This document shows positions 15,291 through 26,159 of a DNA stretch of 64,000 bases, piece after piece (position 1 is the first letter of the stretch; each line of letters begins with the position of its first letter). Under the pieces are notes generated by a model, which made no database searches, was not told the origin of the DNA, and worked only from the letters and a program-made list of their open reading frames with translations. Origin of the DNA: Phoronis australis. Lineage: Eukaryota > Animalia > Phoronida. A program made the translations under genes and the position numbers. The stretch is from assembly GCA_002633005.1 (NCBI GenBank), contig NMRA01000140.1:496001-560000 (forward strand), given 5' to 3'.

Positions 15291-16408
15291 AACACTTTTA
15301 TTTACATTACAATATAATAATGTAGAAAATAAATCTGAAACTAAATAAGGCGATCGAGATCCTCCCAAGGATACTATTGTTTCACGAAATGTATAAATAG
15401 GTAAATAAAACAACAAAAATGGATCAACTGAAATTTTCGGATGTAATAACGTCCTTTGTCAACAGAAAAAGAAATAAAGTAAAATCAAACACTATATGAC
15501 AATTGACATTTAAGATATGGTGTAATGAATATGATACATTTTTGCGTAAAAAATTCAATGATATATTTTAAGAAGTTTTTAAGCTCAATCCATGAGGTTC
15601 TATTGTATTGAGCTTGTCTATACAATATTGTTCTCTTTCATTGAGTCTGTGAGGAGTACTGGGGTGTTGGAGTTTTTCTATTGTTTGTACAGAAAGATCT
15701 TGAATATTATGGTTTTTGGAATTGAAATGATTACCTATAGTATCAGAAATGTTTTTATGTATTATGTTAAATCTATGATTACGAAACCGACTTTGTAGAT
15801 TATGTTGAGTTTGTTCTACGTATTGGATAGAACATTTTTTACAAGTTATAAGGTAAGTAATATTGTTGGTGGTGCAATCAGAATAATGTTTTATTTCAAA
15901 GTTTTCATTGGTTTGGGAAGACTGGAAAAAAGTGCTATCGTTGATAAAGTTACACATTTTACACCTAGTTTTGTTACAATGTGTGTTGCCAATAGGTTTG
16001 TCAGTTAGGTGTATATTGTCGATATTAGCTTTAACTAAATAATTTTTTAGATTTTTACATTTTCTCCAAGAAATTATAGGTGGATGAGGAAATAGGTTTT
16101 TCATTTGAGGGGAAATATGCAGCGTGGAAAGGTGTTTTCTGAAGACGTGGCTAATTCCGTTTAAACATGGATTGAACATAGTTATGAATGGTATTCTATT
16201 AGTAGTATTGCCTTTAGTTTTAATTCTTAAAGATTCATTTCGTGTGATTGAACGGATTTTGTCAAACTGTTTGTGTATAAGATGTAAGGGAAAATGACGT
16301 TGAACTAGACAGTACTTGAGTTCTTTTAAACGATTATTAAAGGAGGTTTCTTCTGAACAAATGCGTCGAATTCTTAGGGCAAGGCTATATGGAAGGCTTT
16401 TCTTGCAA
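15291..16408 (-). mobile_element. Penelope-like element family B, 3' part (RT thumb/linker, GIY-YIG endonuclease, pseudo-LTR)
   Basis: ORF 15568-16443 contains KSLPYSLALRIRRICS, RIPFITMFNP, RKCKNLKNYLV, CNKTRCKMC, NNITYLITCKKCSIQYVEQT (GIY-YIG with YVG>YVE), RFRNH and REQYCIDKLNTIEPHGL, all typical of PLEs. Confidence 0.92.
15428..15465 (-). ncRNA. Minimal type I hammerhead ribozyme, U3-A8 core variant
   Basis: Minus strand reads cug-UUGACAA-a-ggacgu(uauu)acaucc-GAA-AAUU-U-cag: stem I cug/cag, stem II with one mismatch, palindromic stem III AATT. It sits about 100 nt downstream of the PLE-B stop codon. Confidence 0.6.
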
Positions 16409-17420
16409 TGAATAATAATACAATGATTAAAATTTGATTTCAATTAGGAGGCCTTCTAAAGGTTATTGACCGCTAATAAGAAGGTCCTCTGTACAAAATG
16501 AATAAATGATAATGCAAAAATCAGTAGGAATACTTAAGAAAAGTGAATTAGTGCTGAAAACGACCGACATGCCAGAAACCAGCTCAGGAGATTTTGAGAA
16601 TACAATTAGATACATATGAAGCAATTGGAAATGCGACAAACTGAATCGTAGTTGCCGGCTAATAACAAAATTGGTTAAAAACCTGGAGAATGTTTGCAAA
16701 GAATGTGTTTTTATTACATTTAGAGCAGAGACTGGTATGTCGTCGTTGTTTATAAGTCGAGGAATCTCAAATACAGGCTCTTGATGACAATTTGTTGGAC
16801 GGAGGAATTAAAATTTTGGGTTGTATTGTCGGAATAGCAGCTGAGTATTGATTCAGGTATGTAGGAGTTTTAATGCGAGAAGTTGTTAGTGTAAAAATAC
16901 TTAGGAAGCTGATTATTGAGGAATTTGTAGTAAAATTTTGCAGTTGAGATTTTAAAGATGTCTTGAAGTAGAGGGAGGCGAAATTCCTTACATATGGGCA
17001 GAACGTGAGTATTATAACTGGAATTTGATATACTCCGAAGGATTCTCAGTGAGCTGTCTGGAGTTTCTTAGTGTTGCCAAAACCCCAAGTTGCAATGCCA
17101 TGGTTTAAATGTGGGAGGACAAGTGAATTATATATTAACTTGAGAGCTGGAAGAGGAAGATAAGATTTCAATTTGTATAAGAGTCCACCGAGATTGTTAA
17201 GTTTGTCTGAGATGAGGTTAATGTGGGGGGACCATGAGAGGTTTTTGTCAACAGTAATACCAAAGAAAGGAAAACTGTTCACATGACATATTGTTTTGCT
17301 ATTTATATAAATGGTGGGAATAATACATTTTTCAATTTTCTTTTGGGGGTAGTGGAAGATCATTAATTTATCTTTTGACGTGTTAATCAAAAGTTTGTTC
17401 ACGAAAAACCAGTCTGAAAT
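16409..17420 (-). mobile_element. 5'-truncated LINE (CR1/L2-group) 3' fragment, decayed
   Basis: WFFVNKLLINTSK...FGITVDKNLSWSPHI...LIYNSLVLPHLNHGIATWG, then after a disruption RSISNSSYNTH...FYYKFLNNQLPKYF. The 3' UTR ends in a short (ATT)n tail abutting PLE-B. Confidence 0.85.
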
Positions 17421-17536
17421 AAACATTTCTAAAGCTAAAGTCCGCCCCGTTGCACAAAAATAACATTTCTAAAGCGAAAGTCCGCCCCGTTGCACAAAAA
17501 TAAAATTTCTAAAGCGAAATTCCGCCCCGTTGCACA
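17421..17536 (+). repeat. Tandem repeat, 3 x 40 nt, at the LINE/Penelope junction
   Basis: The unit (t/a)aacatttctaaagcgaaagtccgccccgttgcacaaaaa is repeated three times; the last unit runs into the PLE-A reading frame. Confidence 0.9.
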
Positions 17537-18149
17537 GTGTAGTGTTGTTTATGAGTTTGTATTCCCTATGAGCGAATGTCTTCGTTCAAACGTCAAACAA
17601 TGTTACATTGGTCAAACGGTTTGCAGTCTTTCCCGTCGGTTATCTTCGCATCTTCAAAATGGCGCCATCTAAGATCATTTTCTGCAATGTCACGAACGTA
17701 AAATCACCCGTCAAGAAATTGTGGAAAACACGTCAATTCGGTACGTGGAGCACGATATGCTTCGATTGAAAGTGTTAGAGTCCCTTTTAATTGCTTTCGA
17801 GAAGCCTGTTTTGAATGAGAAGCAAACAAGGTCGCGCCGCACGTTACAGTTGTTTGTGTGACTTTTCTGTTACCCCCTTCATTAGTCATTCTTTGCAGTA
17901 TTTCACAACCGCCGTGTCTCACTGTGTGTGTCATACAGCTTATGCTCTGTGGTGGCATTACTACGTCAGTTTATCTTCACTTGAGCATGAAACAAACATG
18001 TTTCGAAATATCGTGTGCCTTTTAATTATGTCGCTAGGTCAGTTACTTTATCTATGTTCAGTTGAGAGTAAAATTTTGTTCCAATGGTATGAACGTAACG
18101 GAATAAAGACTGTCAACAATGAAGTGTCGTGCGTTTAATCTGTTCTGTA
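17505..18149 (+). mobile_element. Penelope-like element family A, 3' fragment (GIY-YIG domain plus pseudo-LTR)
   Basis: SVVYEFVFPMSEC...CYIGQTVCSLSRRLSSHLQNGAI*DHF...LKVLESLLIAFEKPVLN (VVY...YIG...R...E...N), with one in-frame stop. A decayed hammerhead at 17978-18015 has core UUGAGCA. Confidence 0.88.
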
Positions 18150-21100
18150 GGCTAGGATGGGCACTATTATTAATTCAGGGAAAACTCATAACTATGATTT
18201 CTCATGCGCGCACCCAGGGAGGTGTGATCAAGGGATTTTAATTATAGTTGTACTGCAGTTTTGTCATCCAATTGTTGACAGCTGTGCGCAGCTTCGAGTA
18301 GCACTTTCCCGACATTATTAGACAGGTGCTCCACATACAGGAAACTTCAATACAAACTTCAAAAGAACTCCTTCAGCTGCTAAACTTTGAATAAACTTCT
18401 TGCCAGAAATGTTTGGCACTTCACGTAGTTTAGGTTGCCGTTATAGCGCCTAGCCGTTTATTGTTTATTTATGAATGGACTTACGTTCAAAATGTGGAAA
18501 TTAAGACAACGTACATATAGGCGCTATTGTATTCTAGTCGAAAATAATTTCCACGTTGCTCGGTTTACTTTAAAAACTACTACACGAGCGCAGGTACCGT
18601 GCACAATTATGGTGACCTGGTGCAAAGAATTATGTCAACTTCTCCTTGAGACAGAATTGTCTAAGGAAGAAGTCAAGGCAGAGACATGAGAGACAGCAGT
18701 GTTGACTTACAATGACAATCTACTGATGTGATTGGTTATTGACCATCCAGATAAACCATCAGCTCTCTGGCCCCATTTGAGTAGACATTGAGTAACAACA
18801 TGGCTGTGATAAGATTCGTATACCAACAGAGGATCGGTTCTAGCCTTTCCTTTGACTATGCTGGAGTGTAACAGGTTACTACACCGATGGCCCAGACATT
18901 ACCACCCCCGAACTGCCGAATGGAATCTGGGAGAGTTTTAGGGGGGGGGGCATGGCCCCTTGGCCCTTCTAAATCCGCCACTGGTCAGCCTACAACTAAC
19001 GTCAGTGAAGCATCATACATTTAATTTCTTAGAAGACTAGATTTTAATTATAAAAAATCATCTGTCAATCAGTCCATTTTCGTATATACATAAACATGTT
19101 AATCAGAAACCAACAACCGATTGCATGAGCAATGCGTTTACCTTGACTTAAATGACGTAATCCCTTTTTGATTTCCAGTTTGTGAATTTAAACGACAAAT
19201 CTTGTACCTAAGTCGAAAATCAATATATTTATTGTCATTTGAATTGTGAGTATATTTTTGAGAACTGTCCGAAATTCGTCTGATGTCTTTGATAGTTACT
19301 TTAGATAGGCAAAAATCGTTTAAGAGCTCTGCACCATTTGGGGATCGGATTAACTTCAGGCTGCAACTATATTCACAAAAACCTTATCAGTTGTAACAAG
19401 ATAAGCTCCTAGTTGTCAAAAAAACATCTCCGAATCTGTGGATTTTCGTAGCTACATAAACATGTAAATCAGAAACCAACGAATTTGTTTTTTAAAGCCG
19501 AACGTTGTAAGCAATTTCCGCAGGCATGCTCTCAGATTTTTGACATGTAACCGGGGGTACATGGGAGATGGGGACATTCGTAATAAGGTGTGTTTTTCAG
19601 AGGTACCTTTAACGATTCAAAACTTAAACTTGAACTCAAAAAAACCGCTGAAATCTTTGTTTACGGTTTCGAATACTTTGAGTACCCCGTTCGATCACAT
19701 ATCGTAGTCTCCACAGTCTTTTCCATATGTGCGAATTCCTTACAAATAACTCACAGTAACAATTTCAAAAGAAGTTCTATTCTTGTTGTAATATGGGGAA
19801 AAGTAACTTTATTTTATAACAAACCATCGGAAATAGTCCTCTTGTGTAATTCACAAATGGTGGTTTTCATGTTCGTCAAAATTTCACCCTTTCGATAGCG
19901 GTCAATCCTATTGTAGTTTTTACTCTCTTTGGTTGTTTGGGTAGGTTGTCTTGATACTGCTGTGCACAAATGATCTGTGGTTTTTGATGAATTTGAAATC
20001 TCAGCTTGCCCTAGTATATACTTGGCAGTGTCATATTTAGATGTCCAGATGGTCAAAGGGAAAATTTCCCCACACCGCCCCACCAAGAGAGGGTCCCATC
20101 GGAAGTGGGGCACCTTAAGATGAAGGAATGAACATCATTAAACTCGGAAAAGAGTTACAGTTCATTCTATTGTCGTGTGACCCTGGAAGAAGTGACCATC
20201 CTCAACACGAAATCCGGTTGTACAATTTCACAAAAATATGAAAGTAGATGTAATCGATTCCAAAATTGGGCCCTCTCTTCGTGAGTGGCCCCTTAGGAAT
20301 TTGTAAATAAAAACACGAAAAGGGTTCCAACTTGAATGTCATCAATGGCTCCCTTCAAGGGCTGCGCCCTTAAATATGAAAAGATCTAATATTAGTTTTC
20401 AAAAATCAGGAATGCACTGCAATTGATGCTATCTGTCAAGTCATCAAATTTTCTCAAAAGATATACAATTTCGAGAAAACAAAAACGAAAAAATATAGCG
20501 GCAGTTGTCTCCGCTGTCCCTTGCCAGAGATGGGTCTCTGGAAAAATGTAGTTTTGCTGCAAAATTGTCTTGTTGAATTTTAAAATCCAGTGAATTAATA
20601 CACACCGCAAAAGTTTCGCTTTACAAATTTTCTCGATTTTTTGAAATACATGTATGAATGATTAAGTGCATGTTTTCTAGTGCATTTAGACTATCTATGT
20701 CGCAAAAACGGAGACCCTCACAATAGTATCCTTGCCACCAGGGCCCTCAAAGGGTAAACCATGTACTGATATTGAGTTGTCAAATGTTCTATTGAATTTT
20801 CTATCATCTCTGTGTTTCGCAGCCTATTTTCTCGACTGTCCCTGGCCCCACGCCTTTGTCGGTTGCCACCCTGACGCCTGCAAGTTCTGTTTTTTTGGGG
20901 GGACGTGACCCCCGGCCCAACCCCCACCCTCGCTTCTTAAGACCCTGGATATTAGAAACATTGTTGTTTGGAACACGCCCATTCCATAAATTTCGTCATT
21001 TTCCCCACGACGTCACGTTACAAGGAAATGGACGAACTTTGTATCAACAACCTTCGTTTGACAGGCCAGTGTTGAACCAAACAGCTTGTTATGGTATGCT

Positions 21101-21991
21101 GGGATGATTCCCAATTGTATATTCTTCCCTTCATTGATAACTTGTTCTATTTCGTCTGTGCCAGCTCTATATAGGGAAAATGAATCAGTGTGGTTTATGT
21201 TTATGTTTGCCAACGCTCTTGAAAGTACAGCTGACATGTACATTTATATATGTATTAATTACCTCTGGATTTATGCAAATGTCGTACATCATGATGTCTC
21301 TCGGGACTCTACTTCATCAGTTTGACCTAACAAGTAAGAGAGGGTTTGAGAAATGTGTGTAGTGTTTCACTGACTTTTAATTTCGTACTAGTGTAAACTA
21401 TGAACAACAGTAACGCTCAATTAATATGGGTCCGGGGTTTGACCCTTGTACAGGGAATCCAGTTCGTGTTTGACACTTTCTGTTTAATTTCATAGAAGGT
21501 GATTTTATTAGACAACTGAATTTTCTGTTCAGTTAATTTCTTAAACAGTTGTGAGCTTCATATCAAATTGTATGTGTAATGCTGTTCTTTATGACTAACA
21601 AGCCCAGTGGGCTGGGTGTTCAAGTAACATTGGTCGCTGTAAAAAGTTTAGTTTCTCTCCAGTTGATGTTCGCACGTGATGACCCTTAGATTCGAGCTAC
21701 AAACTCGAGTCATCCTAGACTTAGAGAACAAAGCTCGAAATTTCGAGTTTAGACTGGAACTTATAGCGTTAATTAGGGGACAGCAAATGCAAACTAGGAT
21801 TGGACAATCATCCCGTAAAGTAGATCGTAGTATCATGAACTTTTGTGTCGAGTTTGTAACAAAGAAAGAGGAACTGAAAGTGTAAGAAATTAGTTCAAGT
21901 TCAATTTCGAGTATAAAAATTAAACTCAGAACCAAGAACTGTGCATAAATTATTAACTGGAAGGGAATACACAGGAGTCTACTGTTTTGCA

Positions 21992-22560
21992 TCGCTGGTT
22001 CCCTGCGTGCCGCTAGGTGGTAGCGAGCACGCAGGTAACATTTGATTTTCCTCGGGAAATTTTTTTACACCGGCGTTTCTGATTGGCTGGTCGAATTCTT
22101 TGCGCAAACAAAGTAGAATGAATGACTGATGGAGGAAGTGTAGATGTGGTCTCTTGTACAGACAAATCGGTGCTTAATTCATGTTCAAGAATTGTGAATC
22201 CCAGAAAATCGTGGTCGCGCCTTTTCAGAATGCATCTTTCTATTGTCGCTAACTTTTGTTTACGTTGATGTCCTCAAAGTGCACACAGTATGTCATGAAC
22301 AACTGACACCAGTTAAATCGGCCAGATGTATTGTTTTTTGTACATGTATGTGCTTCAAGCACGCGGCTACTAAACATTGCTGCAGACACGAAATAGTCAC
22401 TGTTACGCCACTTGCATGACAAGGCTAAAATCCCTATAGTCTGTCATTTTCTTTCTTTGTTGCACAGCCAACCAATGACTGCCGAGGTTACATCAATCAG
22501 TGATAAAGCGCCTGGTTCCCTATGATACTTGCGTGTTATATACACGCAGGGAACCAGCGA
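21992..22560. mobile_element. MITE-like element with perfect 18-bp terminal inverted repeats
   Basis: tcgctggttccctgcgtg ... cacgcagggaaccagcga; no clear TSD. Confidence 0.65.
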
Positions 22561-23406
22561 GCTGTTTCGCGTGGAGTTAAACTAGCACTTGCGCACGTGC
22601 GTTTATTTGAAAAAGGAGGCGTGTAAACGGAAAGTCATAGTTTTGCTGACTTTGATATTTTTCACTTAAAATTGCATCTATTTTTAAATTTTATGTTAAT
22701 AAATGCATAGTTCGCCAACACCTTGTTCCTTTTTATAATTGATAAATGCTCCACAAAACTTAATTTGTGACAAAAAGTTGACGCTACGTGGGCTTTTAAG
22801 AGGAAATTTTCCAAATAAACGCCCCACTGTCTAGACACTTGACAACACAATTTTAAACACCAAATAAGAGCCCATGGGCGTGTATTTGGCATAATTTTCC
22901 GAATAAACGCCCATGGGCGTTTAATCAGGTGGGTTTATCTACGGAAAATCAAGGTAGGTAAACAAGTCGACTTTTACGATACATTATGCACTATGAAAAC
23001 CGAACAGTGAAATGCAGTTTTGTCATCAAATATCAAGTACACAGAGAAAACAGTGCTTCATAATGATTTTTTGTCACCAGTACGTGAATGCTGTGGAGTT
23101 GTTTTGATAACAGAAATCAGATTAAACCATGAATTTGACTTTTCATGATCGGTAGATTACATCTTTGCCCGTGAAGCCAATGGTTTGATGATAAGAGCTG
23201 CCTGAAGAAATATGACTTTTGCGTTTGCAATTTCGCCCTTTTCGACGACATATAAAAGTAAAAATCTAAACATTAGCGTATTTTTCGCTAATATCGATGA
23301 ACTTTTGGCCAAGATCTTTCAAATTCAGTCCGGGGCAGCCCGGCAGCAGGAGAAACGTCACAAAAGATTACAATGAAACCGGCACTGTTAACAAAGACGT
23401 CAAAAT

Positions 23407-23680
23407 CAGGGGAGGATCCAGGATTTTGAGTTAGGGGAGGCCAGGGCACAGGAATAACCATAAAGTCGCCACAAGCGCGGGGTCAGCCTAAACCGTTTAA
23501 AGATGCAGGGTCTCGAATTTTAGGGTTTGTGGACCTTATTACTAAAAACGGTAAACGGGGTTTATTCAAGGCCTATGAATTGTGCATTCGCCCCCTAACC
23601 CCCCCTGCTAGTCAGAAATTCGCACCCCGAACTACCAAATGGTATCTGGGAGATTTTAGGTCCCTCAAAATCCGCCACTG
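23407..23680. mobile_element. MITE (CAGgGgcGGAT-type ends, 5-bp TSD)
   Basis: caggggaggat versus reverse complement cagtggcggat, with AAAAT on both sides (23402-23406, 23681-23685). A second right-end fragment lies at about 18890-18983. Confidence 0.75.
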
Positions 23681-25699
23681 AAAATTGACTTACAATTACC
23701 ATTTTAACATTTGTAGTCCATTTGGATATAGTAACTAGGAACGGTAATTTGCCTTATTAAAAACTCAAACATAAACCAAAACCATTTGGCTTTTGAAAGG
23801 AGTTTAAGAAAAGGAAAGCCGAAAATCTTACTGTCAGCCATTAATTACACTTTTTAAATTGCAATAACACATTTCTCATTTTATTATAATTGACTGTTAA
23901 ATATACGTAATTTACCCATTTCAACATTGTTTCTATTGCACGTCGAAAGTCATTAAAGTATGAATTTACTAGTGTTTACATGGTTCCGAATCGGTTATTT
24001 TTTTGCTTATTCTGCCGCCTTTTTAAGGCGGCAGTTTTTCGACCTATAACCATTGTAGCGAATAGCAAGATGTCGGAGTGGGACCTCCTATTGTACTGCA
24101 CTCCTTGGTTGTACTAAAATGTGCCGTTTAGCCATTGATAAAATAATTATGTACCTGTAGCCTTGTCACTACCCTTGCAGCCCAATCCTTTGAAACAACC
24201 AATTGTCTGAGCCTTGTGTAGATCCTGACCTCAGCTTTCAGCTTTTTTTTAGAAAAGTCAATATAGTTACCGTTTATCATTTTTCGCTGATAATAATTCC
24301 TCTACTTGATTTGATGACTCATTGCGCATGTTCACACAGTACTGCTGGTAGGCCCTTGTCTGAAAATGTAACTGATCTCATGAAAAAAAAAACGCAAAAT
24401 GAATTTTATCTTTTAGATCTCGACTTCGCCGATCAGCAAGTGCATGTGTGAATGGTGACAACAAATACTTAGCAATTATAGAAATGTTAAGGATTTGACT
24501 AAAATAATTTGAAAACTTGTATTTCCTTTGTATGAAAACTAAGTGAAATACTGATCATGTGGTGAACTGTGTACAAACGTGGCCGTCCTTGCAAAGCACC
24601 CCACTTTTTCCGACAACAATGGCACCTAACATGAGTGAGCTCTAAAATTGAACATAAAAGCTACATAGAATAATTGCTGTAAGACAGCATCTGTGTATGA
24701 GATTGAAAAATTCCGGCGATGGTTTGTAACTACCTACTTCTTAATTTTCGTTGACTTTTCTTTATCAGGGATGTTACAATAAAAACAACGACTGTTTTCT
24801 TAACCGAAAGTCAAGCATCCATTGCAATATGCTCGTATAGCCTTTAGCCACCTTGAGTCAAAAAACACCGGTTCCGGCTGAACTTGAAATACAAGCTATA
24901 TTTCATTTTATTGGCAGCTTAGTTTCAATAAAAGCAGTCCGACGACGCCTCCGATAAAATTGAAGCACTAGTTCATCGATCCTTGGGAAGGACCCAAATT
25001 GACGTATTGTTCCATTTCCCATATACGTCTGTCCCGTACCAAGTATGCCACGTATTTTGTCGATCCTTCTTCAGAAAGAGTCCCCACACGTGTTTTTTAA
25101 TTGGAGGAGCTCGTTCAATAATCCCCATTACGCGTATTTATGGCCAAATTAGTTTACCAAGGAGTTTGCTATAGCAGGAGTATTCACCAAACAGACGGGC
25201 CTTGACAAAACTCTAGAACAAATTTTAGCCTTCGATAGACTTGGAGACCCTGGAACTGCATGCAAGGTGAAACACTGTTACTGGGTTAAGTTTCTAAAAT
25301 ATAATTTCGTTTTATGCGGCTCAAAAGACTTTTTTATAGAAATTATAAACGTCGTAGGCCTTCAGTTTGCCGCAGCCGCCGATGATCATGCAAATGAGCG
25401 GAAAATTTCAAAATCAATTCCTAATGGCCGTTTTCGAGAACTGTGCTGACCCGGCAAAACTTGATTCGTATCAGCGTGTTTCACGATATGAATCCTTCAC
25501 TGAGCCATCTCGTAGACATGATGCTTCGAAGTCAACCGAATTTGGACATTTTATAGGGCCTTTCTACATAACCTTAAGAGAAAAATCTGATTTTAAGGTC
25601 CCACTTAATAGTTGCGGGATAAAAGTTAAAACTCATACCACACCAATATGAGTTAAGAACACATAGACCTTTGCTATTGTCTTGCATACACACTGTTCG

Positions 25700-26105
25700 A
25701 GCTCAGAATAGATACTGCATGCGAGACCGGCCCCGTTACTGATCATTGACGTGCACTCCTGTTCACCATCGTCCGCCAGGTGGCGAAAAATACAATAACA
25801 AAGATGGCGGACAATTCGCTCAGAAATGCGGGATTCTTGGTGTGAATTTCGCTCCAGCTGCAGATTTTCAACCTGTTGAGGATTAGCAGCTGACCTGAAA
25901 CGGAAGAGGTTTATTTGGTTATTTTGATACAAAGTATTTTTTAAATTGTCTGTATTACGAATTAACGACTGCATTTACCAGTGTCAGTGACAGTGCGCTT
26001 TTGACTTTCGACCAAGTCAAACTCTGAAGACGACTAAGAAAGTCTGACTCACTGTTGACCTACACTTGAAGTGAACTCTCGGGCTGTAAAGGGGAATATA
26101 GCGAA
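25700..26105 (+). promoter_or_regulatory. Probable promoter / first non-coding exon of the TCP11-like gene
   Basis: Locally CpG-richer, with a YY1-type AAGATGGCGG at 25801-25810, an ETS-like CGGAAG at 25901 and a consensus donor GTAAGT at 26106, upstream of the first coding exon. Confidence 0.4.
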
Positions 26106-26159
26106 GTAAGTCATGTTAGACAGATGGTGCCCTGTCATAAGATTCATGGTTCAGGTAGC

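Larger units (their letters stand above)
13093..20947. mobile_element. Non-autonomous TIR DNA transposon, copy 2, carrying ~5 kb of nested insertions
   Basis: Left end caggcccgccgtaggatgg and right end cttcttaagaccctg, with GATAT on both sides (13088-13092, 20948-20952). 13093-13906 matches about 3688-4655 and 19005-20947 matches about 4870-6678. Confidence 0.8.

Noticed and set aside
24900-25270. Possible tyrosine-recombinase (DIRS-like) fossil (VCPV...PITR)
   Set aside because: Only faint motif resemblance across several frames with no catalytic HxxR; it would need a translated HMM search.
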